Assembly: GCA_035648135.1 (NCBI GenBank)
Contig: DASRMB010000052.1
Coordinates: forward strand, 23,334 to 87,333
DNA length: 64,000 bases
Direction: 5' to 3'
Origin: Prolixibacteraceae bacterium
GTDB taxonomy: Bacteria > Bacteroidota > Bacteroidia > Bacteroidales > Prolixibacteraceae
This document shows, in pieces, positions 30,448-40,806 of the stretch. Numbering within the stretch: the first letter of the stretch is position 1; the number at the start of each line of letters is the position of its first letter. The notes under the pieces are model-generated. The model made no database searches. It worked only from the letters and a program-made list of their open reading frames with translations, and was not told the origin of the DNA. The position numbers and the translations under genes were made by a program.

Positions 30448-30480
30448 AACCTGCACGAAATGATCCGTGCAGGTTTTTTA
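30448..30480 (+). terminator. Rho-independent terminator after ilvE
   Basis: cctgcacg-aaatgatc-cgtgcagg followed by tttttt. Confidence 0.7.
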
Positions 30481-30627
30481 TGCTCCGGATTTGGATTTAG
30501 TGAAAAACAGTTGTTGAATGACTTCTTATTCCGGATTCATTTTTCAAAATGATTATGCAACTGAAAATTTGATTTATGATAATATGTCCTTATATTTATT
30601 TCGACTTTCAACTTAACAAAACCGGAT

Positions 30628-31221
30628 ATGTTTTTATCAATTTTTCCTGTGTGGAGCGAATTAGATCTGATGTCTCAGGTTTACTGGGTTATCACAGCAC
30701 CTGCAACACTCGTCTTTTTTTTCCTGCTGATTCTGGCCATTTTTGGGTCTGATTCTGATACCGATGTACAAACCGATTTAGACCATTCCTTTGCTGATGG
30801 TGATGGCATACCTTTTCAGCTTCTTTCACTGAAGAACATCATCGGTTTTTTCACCATGTTTGGTTGGTCAGGACTGGGATTTCTGAATGCAGGTCTGGCA
30901 CCCTGGCTTGTTGTCATCCTTTCGTTTATTTGTGGTTTACTCATGATGCTGGCCATGGCCTCGCTGTTCTATTTCATGTCGAAGCTGGCCGAGAGCGGTA
31001 ACCTCAATATGAAAAACGCAATCGGTCATTTAGGTGAAGTTTACCTCACAATCCCCGGAGAACGGGCAGGTATGGGCAAAGTACAACTAACGGTACAGGG
31101 AACTCTCCAAACAGTCGATGCCATTACCGACGAGCCGGAAGCCATTGCAACATCTTCACTCATTGAAGTTCTGGACGTCATCGATGAACAAATTCTCCTG
31201 GTTAAAAGGAATTCCAAATAG
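30628..31221 (+). CDS. NfeD-family membrane protein (OB-fold partner of SPFH proteins)
   Basis: N-terminal TM helices. C-terminal 'GHLGEVYLTIPGERAGMGKVQLTVQGTLQTVDAI' is the NfeD OB-fold. Directly upstream of the flotillin gene. Confidence 0.6.
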   Translation: MFLSIFPVWSELDLMSQVYWVITAPATLVFFFLLILAIFGSDSDTDVQTDLDHSFADGDGIPFQLLSLKNIIGFFTMFGWSGLGFLNAGLAPWLVVILSFICGLLMMLAMASLFYFMSKLAESGNLNMKNAIGHLGEVYLTIPGERAGMGKVQLTVQGTLQTVDAITDEPEAIATSSLIEVLDVIDEQILLVKRNSK

Positions 31222-31298
31222 GATTCTCCACATTAAAGGTTGACAGACAATCGAAATCACATATCAACTAACAGATAATAACTAAAAATCAAATCACG

Positions 31299-32702
31299 AT
31301 GAATGATTATTTTGTACTGATGGTCAGCATTGCTGTCCTCTTTTTGTTTATTATTATTGTAGCCATGCTGAAGCGCTACAAGCGTTGTCCTTCCGACCGG
31401 ATATTAGTCGTTTACGGGAAAGTGGGCAAAGGTATAGAAAGTGAGTCGCGTTCGGCAAAATGTATTCATGGAGGGGCTGCATTTATCTGGCCTATCATTC
31501 AATCTTTCCAGTTCCTCGATCTGACACCTATTTCGATCGAAATTAATCTAAGAAGCGCCTTGAGCAAGCAGAATATACGTGTTGATGTTCCCTCCCGTTT
31601 TACTGTCGGTATTTCAACCGAAGCAAATGTCATGACCAATGCGGCCGAACGTTTGCTGGGTTTGTCGCAGGAGTCGATCAGCAACCTTGCCAAGGACATT
31701 ATTTTTGGTCAGTTGCGTTTGGTGGTTGCCACTATGGACATTGAAGAAATCAACAGTAACCGTGATAAATTTCTTGCGGCCGTTTCGTCGAACGTGGAAG
31801 CAGAACTTAAAAAGATAGGTTTAAAGCTGATCAACGTAAACGTTACCGACATCAATGATGAATCGGGCTATATTGAAGCATTGGGTAAGGAAGCTGCCGC
31901 AAAAGCCATCAACGATGCGAAGAAAAGTGTGGCCGAGAAAAACCGCGATGGAGAGATTGGTCAGGCAGAAGCACATCAGGCACAGCGCGTGCAAGTGGCC
32001 AAGGCCGATGCGGTCGCTGTCGAAGGTGAAAACATTGCCAAAATAACCATTGCCAATTCGGATGCCGACCGTCGTGAAAAAGAAGCGGAAGCCAGTCGTA
32101 AAGCCGTCGCTGCAGAAAAAGTAACTGAAGCACAAGCATTGGAAGAAGCCTATGCTGCAGAAAAGCAGGCAGAAGATGCACGTGCTTTGCGCGACAAAGC
32201 CACTCAAACTGCCAACGTGGTGGTTTCAGCCGAAATCGACAAACAAAAAGTGGAAATTGATGCTGAAGCCATAGCCGAACAAACACGGCGCAGAGCGAAA
32301 GGTGAAGCCGATGCCATATTCCTGAAAATGGATGCACAGGCAAGAGGTATTTATGAAATCCTGAGCAAGCAGGCTGAAGGATTCGAACATTTGGTAAAAG
32401 CAGCAGGCAACAACTCGAAAGATGCCGTGATGCTGATGATTGCCGACAAACTTCCGGAACTGGTAAAAACCCAGGTGGAAGCCATCAAAAATATTAAAAT
32501 TGATAAAGTAACTGTTTGGGAAACCGGAAATGGTAAAGACGGAAAAACTTCGACAGCCAATTTTATGCAGGGAATGCTGGGTTCCATTCCACCACTCGAT
32601 GATGTGTTTAAATCTGCAGGACTGGAATTACCTGATATCTTAAAAGGATCGCAAAAAACCAACAATCCGGTGGAAGATGTAAAAGAAAAACCGGTGGTGT
32701 AA
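31299..32702 (+). CDS. Flotillin-like SPFH/Band-7 protein
   Basis: N-terminal TM, SPFH domain, and an extended Ala/Glu-rich coiled-coil ('EAEASRKAVAAEKVTEAQALEEAYAAEKQAEDARA'). 467 aa. Confidence 0.75.
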   Translation: MNDYFVLMVSIAVLFLFIIIVAMLKRYKRCPSDRILVVYGKVGKGIESESRSAKCIHGGAAFIWPIIQSFQFLDLTPISIEINLRSALSKQNIRVDVPSRFTVGISTEANVMTNAAERLLGLSQESISNLAKDIIFGQLRLVVATMDIEEINSNRDKFLAAVSSNVEAELKKIGLKLINVNVTDINDESGYIEALGKEAAAKAINDAKKSVAEKNRDGEIGQAEAHQAQRVQVAKADAVAVEGENIAKITIANSDADRREKEAEASRKAVAAEKVTEAQALEEAYAAEKQAEDARALRDKATQTANVVVSAEIDKQKVEIDAEAIAEQTRRRAKGEADAIFLKMDAQARGIYEILSKQAEGFEHLVKAAGNNSKDAVMLMIADKLPELVKTQVEAIKNIKIDKVTVWETGNGKDGKTSTANFMQGMLGSIPPLDDVFKSAGLELPDILKGSQKTNNPVEDVKEKPVV

Positions 32703-32724
32703 ACAAGTAGTTTGTTGAGAATAA

Positions 32725-32758
32725 AAAGGCCGTCTCCGGAGAAAGAGACGGCTTTTTT
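32725..32758 (+). terminator. Rho-independent terminator after the flotillin gene
   Basis: aaaggccgtctc-cggagaaa-gagacggcttt followed by a T-run. Confidence 0.75.
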
Positions 32759-32983
32759 ACTTTCCCAATGTGTCGTCCTGAAATAGCGTTTCACAAAAAG
32801 TGTAGCTATGGAAGAAAAGAATTGCTGATATAGATTATTTTAACTTTACATTTTTAAAATGCGTATCATTAGACATTTTTTAAAAAAAAATCGCTGTATC
32901 CATTGTCAAATAGGATTACAGAAGTTTTTTGAATGCATTTTTTTACTTTCAATGCGTAATTTGGGGTAATTGAATTTATTATG

Positions 32984-34594
32984 TCATTTTTCATCCTCAT
33001 GGTAACTGATTCCCTCTAATTTCCATCTCACTTTAAGTTCATCAAGGGCATTAATAAAGTCGGTGTAATTTTTTTCTGATTTAGTTGTCCATCCAACTTC
33101 GGCATAGGCAGCTAATCTTGGGAAAATCTGCATTTGCATCTGTTTCGTTTCAGGAATCCATTCGCTCCATATTTGACAACCTGTTCCAAGAATTTTCGAA
33201 TCATATTTTTCACTTAAACCTTCCGGAATCGGGTCGAATGAGTAGGCTTTTGAAAGTGGGAGTTTTTGATAGTCGTAGTCAAGATATGTATCTGCATGAT
33301 ATGAATTAACAACATCGTAACCTTCTGAAACTGCCTTTTCAATCAAATCGAGATTGCCTTTCCAGAAATGGATGATAGCAGATTTTGCCAATGTTTTTGT
33401 GACTTGTGTATCCTCTTCATTTTTCAATTCATGCACATTTCCACCCAGAATTTCATTCCAGCCCATCATCCGGTGCCCGCTTTTATCGATGAAATTGGAT
33501 ATTTTGTTTGTAAAGAAAATTTGCAAATCAACCGGAGAACTTAATCCTTCTTTTTTCATCATTGCCTGCATCATTGCTGAATTTTTCCAGGGAACAAAAT
33601 TCACCTCATCGCCTCCGATATGAACCACCTTCCCGGCGAACAGGCTGAATACTTCGTTCAGTACATCTTCGATAAACTGATAGACTTTTGGATCAGCAAC
33701 ATTATAAGAATCCTCCATTTTTCCAAAAGTAACAGGGACTTCGGTTGTTGTACCCAAAGTCCCAAGCCAGGGATAAGCAGCAATTGCGGCCATGGCATGT
33801 CCGGGCATTTCGATTTCAGGAACAATGAGAATGTGCCTTTCCTGCGCGTACCGGATGATTTTTTTGATTTGTTCCTGGGTATAAAAACCACCATGAGGAA
33901 CACCTGTTCTTTCGGCACTCCTTCTGCTTGTTTGGGTATCTTTCCGGAAAGCACCAATTTTAGTGAGATTGGGATATTTTTTTATTTCTATCCGCCACCC
34001 CTGGTCATCGGTGAGGTGCCAGTGAAAAGTGTTCATCTTGAGTAAAGCCATCTGGTCGAGCAGATTTTTCACTTCCTCCATTCCTTTGAAATGACGCGAT
34101 TCGTCGAGCATAAAAGCTCTCCACGGGAAACGTGGTTTATCTGTAATTTGCAATGCCTGGACAGCAGCATTTTTACTCTTCTGCGGATTAAATTCGAAAT
34201 TTGCAGGCAGTAATTGTCTCAGGGATTGAATACCATAAAATATACCGGCATTGGTGGCTCCTTCGATGACAATTTTATCCGGTTGTGATTTTAACCGATA
34301 ACCTTCATCTCCAAGTTTCTCTTTCAATCCGGAGTTTAGCACTAAAATAATTCCTTTCCCATTTCGTTTTATCAATGGTTTCTGTCCGAATCCATTTTCC
34401 AAAACAGAGGCAAGATACTCTGCTTCTGAACGTGTTTCCTTATCTGATATTATGGGTGTTGTAACGGTCAGTTGAAAGCTTCCTTCCTTCATGACAATAT
34501 TTGCAGGACGGGGTATGATTTTGACTTCGGCCTTTGAACCAATAATGAAAGTCAGCATTATTAATGATGTAAAAACAAGCTTTTTCATATTCAT
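32984..34594 (-). CDS. GH20 beta-N-acetylhexosaminidase
   Basis: 'FPWRAFMLDESRHF', 'HWHLTDDQGWRIE', 'VHIGGDE'. Signal peptide present. 536 aa. Confidence 0.8.
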   Translation of the reverse strand: MNMKKLVFTSLIMLTFIIGSKAEVKIIPRPANIVMKEGSFQLTVTTPIISDKETRSEAEYLASVLENGFGQKPLIKRNGKGIILVLNSGLKEKLGDEGYRLKSQPDKIVIEGATNAGIFYGIQSLRQLLPANFEFNPQKSKNAAVQALQITDKPRFPWRAFMLDESRHFKGMEEVKNLLDQMALLKMNTFHWHLTDDQGWRIEIKKYPNLTKIGAFRKDTQTSRRSAERTGVPHGGFYTQEQIKKIIRYAQERHILIVPEIEMPGHAMAAIAAYPWLGTLGTTTEVPVTFGKMEDSYNVADPKVYQFIEDVLNEVFSLFAGKVVHIGGDEVNFVPWKNSAMMQAMMKKEGLSSPVDLQIFFTNKISNFIDKSGHRMMGWNEILGGNVHELKNEEDTQVTKTLAKSAIIHFWKGNLDLIEKAVSEGYDVVNSYHADTYLDYDYQKLPLSKAYSFDPIPEGLSEKYDSKILGTGCQIWSEWIPETKQMQMQIFPRLAAYAEVGWTTKSEKNYTDFINALDELKVRWKLEGISYHEDEK

Positions 34595-34636
34595 AGTAGC
34601 TAGAATTAATTGTTGATTTGAACAAATACAAAATGG

Positions 34637-35392
34637 TTAATGAATACTGAATTTTGAAATTACCATTTCTGTTTCCTGAAGATCCGAAGGAGGTGCTCCC
34701 TTGAATAGCCAGAGGTTTATTTTTATTTTTTCATCACTGTCGGGGGGAATATCATTTCCGGTATATGTCCATTGTTGAATAATATTATTGGCAGCCGGCA
34801 ACTCCTGCGATTGTCCCTGGTAACTCATGAAATCAATACGATCGCGCTGCCAGTTAAACCAGTGAGTCGATTTTTCACCCGTTAGGTTTAGGAAGAACCT
34901 TTTCTTGTTTGCACTTTTCGAACTGGGCTGGACTGCAAACTGGGAATCCATATTCCCATCGCTATTCCATTTCGAGAATTCAATGTCAATTTCTTCCGTA
35001 TCGTTTTTATAGGTAAATAAACCGCCAACCACATTTTTATCGAAATTGTCCACTCTGCTATCGACCTGAAATACATACCGGCCAGAGCTATAGGACTTGA
35101 GCATGGTTACCTTAGCACAATACCAAATCCCTTTTTTATAAGTTATTCGCAGGTGAAGTTTTCCATCCTGGTCGAGCCAAACATTCTCTTCAGAGTCGGA
35201 AAAATAGTTTGGTCCAGGTCCCTGTTTTTTATCTGATGATGATTCAACAACCCATTTGTATCCTGAAAATTCGATGATGCGCCGGCCATTCTGAATAGTA
35301 TCAGTTTTATCAGGGGAATCTTTATTACACCCCTGACAAATCAGGCAGAGCATAACGAACGGGATCGTTAATAATTTAATTGCTATCCTCAT
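34637..35392 (-). CDS. GH16-family glycoside hydrolase lipoprotein
   Basis: Lipobox 'CQGC'. 'TEEIDIEF' matches the GH16 E-x-D-x-E catalytic motif. 'GYKWVVESS...GPGPNYFSDSEENVWLDQDGKLHL' is the GH16 N-terminal strand region. Confidence 0.55.
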   Translation of the reverse strand: MRIAIKLLTIPFVMLCLICQGCNKDSPDKTDTIQNGRRIIEFSGYKWVVESSSDKKQGPGPNYFSDSEENVWLDQDGKLHLRITYKKGIWYCAKVTMLKSYSSGRYVFQVDSRVDNFDKNVVGGLFTYKNDTEEIDIEFSKWNSDGNMDSQFAVQPSSKSANKKRFFLNLTGEKSTHWFNWQRDRIDFMSYQGQSQELPAANNIIQQWTYTGNDIPPDSDEKIKINLWLFKGAPPSDLQETEMVISKFSIH

Positions 35393-35398
35393 TATTGT

Positions 35399-36550
35399 TT
35401 AGTTTTTAGAAAATACAGTTTTACCTGTTTTTATTGTCTTGAGTATTTCAATACCCATATCATCTTTTTTAAATATAACAAGATCAGCAGGTACCCCAAT
35501 CTGAAATGCATCTGCAGAAGCCATATTCAGAAACTCCACGGGCTTTAGCGAAGCCATATTCCAGGCTTCTTTCAGAGGAAGGATATCTTTTTTTATTAAT
35601 TGATTAACGCACCAGAGTAAGGTCTGTGCCGATCCGGCCAGAAATTGCGGATTGCCTTTAACAAATAATCTTCCTTCCTTACTTAATTCAACCTCTCCTC
35701 CAATGTGCCCGGTATAAACCCCTGGAGAAAGACCGGCAAAGCTGGTAACATCGCTAACCAGAATAGTTTTTTCAGGTTTAACTTTTAGAAATACTTTCAG
35801 TACTGAATCAGGTAAATGAAATCCATCGGCAATAATTCCGGACCAAAGATTTTCAGAAGCAAGCTGTTCCCAAATATAATTTGGATGACGAGGCAACATA
35901 AGGTGCGATCCATTTCCCAGATGTGTTGACATCGAAGCTCCTGAATCAACCGCCTTCCTGATCTGATCAGGAGTTGCCGCTGTGTGTCCGATGGAAACAA
36001 CTACTCCGGAAGAGGTGCATCTTCGGATAAAATCAGTGGAACCGGGCCATTCGGGCGAGAGAGTTATAATGCGAATCCGGCCTCCTGATGCTTCCTGCCA
36101 GCGTGCAAATAGATCCCAATCGGGTGCTTTGATGTATAGCTTCGAATGTGCTCCCCTCGGCCCATCTTCCGGAGAAATAAATGGCCCTTCGAGATGGATG
36201 CCCCCAATACTGGCTTCGACTTCCGGAACAGAACTGCATGCCAGAGATATTGTCCCCAGTAACGATTCTGTTTCCTCGTCGCTGTTACTGATAATTGTCG
36301 GGAAAAAGGTCGTTACTCCCTGTTCCCATAGCATTCGTGTAATTGAATCAATATCAGCAACACTTAATCCAGACTGATTGAGATCAATACCTTTATAGCC
36401 ATTAATTTGCAAATCGACCAGGCCGGGAGCGAGGTAGCTTGAAAGTTCTGAATCGCATTCAGAAATATGGACAATACGGCCATCTTCAATTTCAATGCGT
36501 ATGGCTTTTTTTGTTCGGTAATCAATTCCTTCGACTGAATAATTTTTCAT
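35399..36550 (-). CDS. nagA: N-acetylglucosamine-6-phosphate deacetylase
   Basis: 'LAPGLVDLQINGYKG', 'IHLEGPFIS' and 'SIGHTAAT' are amidohydrolase NagA blocks. 383 aa. Confidence 0.8.
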   Translation of the reverse strand: MKNYSVEGIDYRTKKAIRIEIEDGRIVHISECDSELSSYLAPGLVDLQINGYKGIDLNQSGLSVADIDSITRMLWEQGVTTFFPTIISNSDEETESLLGTISLACSSVPEVEASIGGIHLEGPFISPEDGPRGAHSKLYIKAPDWDLFARWQEASGGRIRIITLSPEWPGSTDFIRRCTSSGVVVSIGHTAATPDQIRKAVDSGASMSTHLGNGSHLMLPRHPNYIWEQLASENLWSGIIADGFHLPDSVLKVFLKVKPEKTILVSDVTSFAGLSPGVYTGHIGGEVELSKEGRLFVKGNPQFLAGSAQTLLWCVNQLIKKDILPLKEAWNMASLKPVEFLNMASADAFQIGVPADLVIFKKDDMGIEILKTIKTGKTVFSKN

Positions 36551-38034
36551 TACTGACCTTTATTTATTTTATGACTTAAACTGGCATGCAGTTCTGTTAC
36601 TCTTAAAGGTACGCCCTTTTTATTCAGAAATCCCATCAGCACAAAAAGTGTAAAAGAGGTCAGGATAGGCCCCCCGACTTCGAATGCAAGTGACATATCA
36701 GGAATTACCTTTAAGACCGCAAAGGCAATGAGACCACCGAAAATTGAAACAATTGCGGCAGTTGACCCACTTCGTTTGAATATCGGTAAAAGGCCGAGTA
36801 TCATTGGTATTGCAATCGGGCCCAGCAAAGCGGCAAACCAGGAAACAATCAAGCCGAATACGCCACCAAAGTGCGTGGCATTGAGAGCGATTATGATGGT
36901 TAAGGATGTAAAAATGACCGTAGTTAACCTGGCAAGTTTGAGCGCATTTTGAGGCGTAAAATTCAGGACTTTGGGAAATATGACAGGCAAAATATCGCGC
37001 GAAATCACTGCCGAAATGGTATTTGAATCAGAAGATGTCATTGAAAGTGTATTGGCGAACATTGATGCAAGAACGAGTCCGACCAAACCGGCAGGCAGAA
37101 ATTTAATTGTCATTAACCCATATGACGTGGTTGGATCAGCTAGATTATCGAAGAACAGAGGTGCTGCAAACATTGGATAAAGTAAGATCAAAGGCCAAAT
37201 GAAATACAGAATTGACGAAAGTATTCCGGCTTTTCGTGCTACTTTTCCTGAAGACGATGAAATAAACCGGGTTGCCAGGTTCCATGTGCCACCACTGTAA
37301 CTGAAAAAGTTAATCAGCAGCATGGCGAAAGCAAATGTTATGGTGTAAGGATCGTTGAACAATTGAGAATGTGAAGAAGGAAGTTTATCCCACATGGTGA
37401 AAATGCCTGCAATTCCATCGTCCATGCGAATAATAATCATCACAAACATGGTAATCCCAGCCAGCAATTGCACCATAAACTGGGCAAAATCGTTCCAGAC
37501 ATCAGCCCATAAACCACCAATCGTAATGTAAATAAGTGAAACGGTACCAGCCAACAAAATACCGACAGCAAGCGACGAACCGGTAAATATATTGAGCAAA
37601 ACGGCAATGGCGCTAAGTTTACCTCCAACATCAAGCACTTTAATGATAGAACCTGCCCATGCAATAATTTGCTGTGTTTGAATATTGTACCTCACAACCA
37701 AATATTCGGTTGGTGATTGTATCCCGCTATACTGACGAAGGCGCGCCCATCGCGGCGCAATGTAAAAAGCTGCAAGCATTGTAGCCAGGCCGACACTGCA
37801 AGCCCACCAGATATATAAGGTAAAACCGTGCGTATAGGCAATTCCGGCATAGGCTACAAATACCGCCCCACTATAACCTGATACGTGATGCGAAATACCT
37901 GACAGCCACCAGGGTAATTTTCCTCCGGCAGTGAAAAAATCAGCCGAATTATTCACCCGGGAATAGGCCCAAAGACCAATTGCAATAAGTAAAACAAAAT
38001 ATAGTGCTAATACGATCCAGTCAATAAATTGCAT
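36550..38034 (-). CDS. Sodium:solute symporter (SSS family) transporter
   Basis: About 13 TM segments. 'GGKLPWWLSGISHHVSGYSGAVFVAYAG' is the SSS N-terminal signature. Its stop overlaps the nagA start. Confidence 0.7.
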   Translation of the reverse strand: MQFIDWIVLALYFVLLIAIGLWAYSRVNNSADFFTAGGKLPWWLSGISHHVSGYSGAVFVAYAGIAYTHGFTLYIWWACSVGLATMLAAFYIAPRWARLRQYSGIQSPTEYLVVRYNIQTQQIIAWAGSIIKVLDVGGKLSAIAVLLNIFTGSSLAVGILLAGTVSLIYITIGGLWADVWNDFAQFMVQLLAGITMFVMIIIRMDDGIAGIFTMWDKLPSSHSQLFNDPYTITFAFAMLLINFFSYSGGTWNLATRFISSSSGKVARKAGILSSILYFIWPLILLYPMFAAPLFFDNLADPTTSYGLMTIKFLPAGLVGLVLASMFANTLSMTSSDSNTISAVISRDILPVIFPKVLNFTPQNALKLARLTTVIFTSLTIIIALNATHFGGVFGLIVSWFAALLGPIAIPMILGLLPIFKRSGSTAAIVSIFGGLIAFAVLKVIPDMSLAFEVGGPILTSFTLFVLMGFLNKKGVPLRVTELHASLSHKINKGQ

Positions 38035-38054
38035 AAATTCAGTTTAAGAATAGT

Positions 38055-38924
38055 TTAATTTTTAATATCGCTTCTCCGGTTGACATTCCAGCTGTTTTGC
38101 ATAAGTTTTAAATAAGCTTCAGCATATCGTTGTCCAAGCATCCGTTGCGATGGTGAGTTAAAATGTATGTTATCTTCTTTTGGTTTTAAATCGCCGGTGC
38201 TGACCAGCGAACAGTGTTTGTCATTGCGGGCTACCTTATGAATAATTTTATTGATTGAACTCCAGTTTGTTTTCATCGTTTCTGAAACCGGGTAAGAACC
38301 TAATTCTCCAATCATTATGGGGAGCGAATCATTGCCAATATATTTCCTGAAAAAAGAAAAGAGTTCCTTCAACCTACTTTCATATTCAGGGATTTTAGCC
38401 TCAAATGCATCGCTTTCACCCTGGTGCCAAAGAATTCCTTTCAGTGTTCCATATTTTTTTGCCAGTTCAACTTTCTCCATGAAATTACTTTTCAGATGGA
38501 CACCATTAAATATCGAATCGTTTAGCCAAAAGCTTATAGAACTTCCACCCACAGCACAAGGCAACAGGATAACAACCGTATTTTTATCCAGATGGGGAAT
38601 CAATTCCCGGGCAAATGACATTCCGCAGTCGAGGCCTGTCAGTTTGGGCTGATAAAAATGCAGCGGTTCTTTGGCATAAATCAGGCAATTTTCTTTATTG
38701 ATGGAAATTATCCGCAAATCTGAAATGGTATCCTGCGGTTCAACAAAAGCACGTCCTGCCATATTCGACTGACCTGCCATAATGAATACCCAAACATTTT
38801 CTTTTGCAGGAAGGGAATCGACAGATACGGTTTGTTTCGGGAAATAGGTGTTACTGCTCAAGGTATTTTGCCCCTTCGTTAGCATGGGTATCAGAAATAT
38901 CAGAAATAAAAGTTCTTTCATCAT
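38055..38924 (-). CDS. Sialate O-acetylesterase-like SGNH hydrolase (DUF303/SASA type)
   Basis: 'VFIMAGQSNMAGR' is the hallmark GQSNM(A/S)G motif of SASA-type carbohydrate esterases. Signal peptide present. Confidence 0.7.
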   Translation of the reverse strand: MMKELLFLIFLIPMLTKGQNTLSSNTYFPKQTVSVDSLPAKENVWVFIMAGQSNMAGRAFVEPQDTISDLRIISINKENCLIYAKEPLHFYQPKLTGLDCGMSFARELIPHLDKNTVVILLPCAVGGSSISFWLNDSIFNGVHLKSNFMEKVELAKKYGTLKGILWHQGESDAFEAKIPEYESRLKELFSFFRKYIGNDSLPIMIGELGSYPVSETMKTNWSSINKIIHKVARNDKHCSLVSTGDLKPKEDNIHFNSPSQRMLGQRYAEAYLKLMQNSWNVNRRSDIKN

Positions 38925-38932
38925 TATTGATT

Positions 38933-40498
38933 TTATCTTGCACCAACGATTCGTTTATAAAGCACATTCATTTTTTCGTTCCTGATTTTGTTTTGGTCCC
39001 GAATCTCCGAATCGTACAAAAATCCTTTGTTTAAATCTGAAAATCGGCTATCCAGTTTTTTTGATTCTAAGCTTAGCCTTTCAAGTTCAGGTATTAGTTG
39101 CTTTGATTTGCTTCTGGAAAAGTTTTCTGAATTATATTCCGATTCAAGTTCTTTAGATGCAAGATAATATTCCCGCAAATCTGCCATCAGCCGAAAATGT
39201 TCAAATTCCTTTTTATTTCTGACAGGTTTAAGTTCGTTCAATATTTTACGAGACAAATTGTTGTTGTTCCTCATTTCAGCTATTGACGGACTCATGGCTG
39301 GTTTGCCTTCCACAATCAATTCAGGAGAAACAATAAGTGCCTGCCATAATTTTTCTCCATCGCTCCTACTTAGACCAAATCGTTCGTCGGCGTACCTGAC
39401 AACAAATGTTTCAGGGTCAATCGGCTCCGGTTGTTTTAGTGACTGGGCATAAGAGGCAACCAGAATACGAAAACCTGACAACGGATAAGTATTCCTTATT
39501 TGTTCCATATCAACCACTTCGTAACCAACATCCCAGGTAAAACCATATAATCCTGAAGTTGACCAGGAAGTCATTACCACGCCTTCATATCCAGCAGTGC
39601 GTGCATAAGGCACAAAATCGCGTTGATTATTGAAATGCTTTTCCCAACAGGTAACGTACCAGTTATCCGGATGGCTCCGGATAGCCGGTGATCCCCAGAA
39701 TGTAAATCCTTTTTGCTGCAAGTTGCCAATATCCCCAAAGTAGTTGGTTTTCCAACCGTAGTTCCAGTCTATAAAAATGGTTTCTTTAGGTAGTTGAGTG
39801 GCTGCTTCAGGGTGCTTTAAAAGAATATCGGCCCACATTACCGGCTGTTTGCCCAGGCTCACAACAATGTCGCACATCATCTTCATATAATCAACAAACA
39901 GTTTCGATTTGCCATCGGTAGCAGCCTTTTTTGAGCATTCGGCACAGTGTCCCAATAAATAAGTTTCATCGCCACCAATATGAATGTATTTTGATGGATG
40001 AGTTGATGCCATGTCGGCAAATAAGTCTGAGAAAAGCAAACTGTCGGCCTCTGTTTTAAGCGGACAAATCTGCGATATATCTTTACGGTCTTCTTTCAAA
40101 GGGCTGTAACGCTCATTCCGGAGAATGTATTCAACATGACCAAAACATTGCTGAAGAGGAATCACATCAATGCCAATCTGGTTACAATACTTTATAAATG
40201 ACTGAATTTCTTCGCGGGTGTATGCCAGTTTGTTTGAGATGGTTGCATGTTTTTCGTATGGATACGATGCTTCCCATTCCATAACCAGGGTATTAATACC
40301 AAATCCGGCCAGTTCTGTTGCAAAATCATGCAATGCTTGTGGTGTCATTACCTGGATGCGAAGGTCGATATGAAAACCTTTTACCTTAAATTCTCCGGAA
40401 AAATCAGTCTGGAAATTTGCCCCTAAAGTCATTGATGCAATAAGAATCAATGAAAATAGTACTTTGTGTGTCAATCTTTTCAGGTAGTTCATATGCAT
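38933..40498 (-). CDS. GH20-like catalytic-domain protein (beta-N-acetylhexosaminidase-related)
   Basis: 'GFHIDLRIQ...NTLVMEWE' and 'IHIGGDETY' resemble the GH20 TIM-barrel motifs (HxGGDE). The usual GH20 N-terminal domain is absent. Signal peptide present. Confidence 0.5.
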   Translation of the reverse strand: MHMNYLKRLTHKVLFSLILIASMTLGANFQTDFSGEFKVKGFHIDLRIQVMTPQALHDFATELAGFGINTLVMEWEASYPYEKHATISNKLAYTREEIQSFIKYCNQIGIDVIPLQQCFGHVEYILRNERYSPLKEDRKDISQICPLKTEADSLLFSDLFADMASTHPSKYIHIGGDETYLLGHCAECSKKAATDGKSKLFVDYMKMMCDIVVSLGKQPVMWADILLKHPEAATQLPKETIFIDWNYGWKTNYFGDIGNLQQKGFTFWGSPAIRSHPDNWYVTCWEKHFNNQRDFVPYARTAGYEGVVMTSWSTSGLYGFTWDVGYEVVDMEQIRNTYPLSGFRILVASYAQSLKQPEPIDPETFVVRYADERFGLSRSDGEKLWQALIVSPELIVEGKPAMSPSIAEMRNNNNLSRKILNELKPVRNKKEFEHFRLMADLREYYLASKELESEYNSENFSRSKSKQLIPELERLSLESKKLDSRFSDLNKGFLYDSEIRDQNKIRNEKMNVLYKRIVGAR

Positions 40499-40599
40499 GT
40501 AAAGTATTATTTTTCAAATCAAAGAATAAGAAGAAAACACGGGTCTATAACATTTTGTCTGGGTAATTATCAAGTAATCTTTTTTGTACTTTCTTCCCT

Positions 40600-40685
40600 G
40601 ACTCACCCCGTCGCATCTTCGATACTCTGCCCCTCTCTAACGTAGAGAGGGGGGAAGACCGATTTATCGGGCTTCGGGGTGAGTA
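40600..40685. repeat. Nested-palindrome intergenic repeat, copy A, about 86 bp
   Basis: Outer inverted repeat ACTCACCCC...GGGGTGAGT encloses hairpins CCCCTCTCTAACGTAGAGAGGGG and GAAGACCGATTTATCGGGCTTC. Its first 38 nt are 34/38 identical to the copy at 57418. Confidence 0.7.
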
Positions 40686-40806
40686 AAGAAATTGAAGCTA
40701 TAAATATTCTTATTTCTAAACATCTTATTTCTATAAAACACATAGTATCCGATATTGAGCCGAAATTACCTGATGTGAACCAACAAGTAAAATTGTATTA
40801 TAAGGT

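Noticed and set aside
31821-32343. 128-aa and 144-aa minus-strand ORFs inside the flotillin gene
   Set aside because: They are shadows of the GC-rich Ala/Glu coiled-coil codons, with Cys/Phe-rich nonsense composition.
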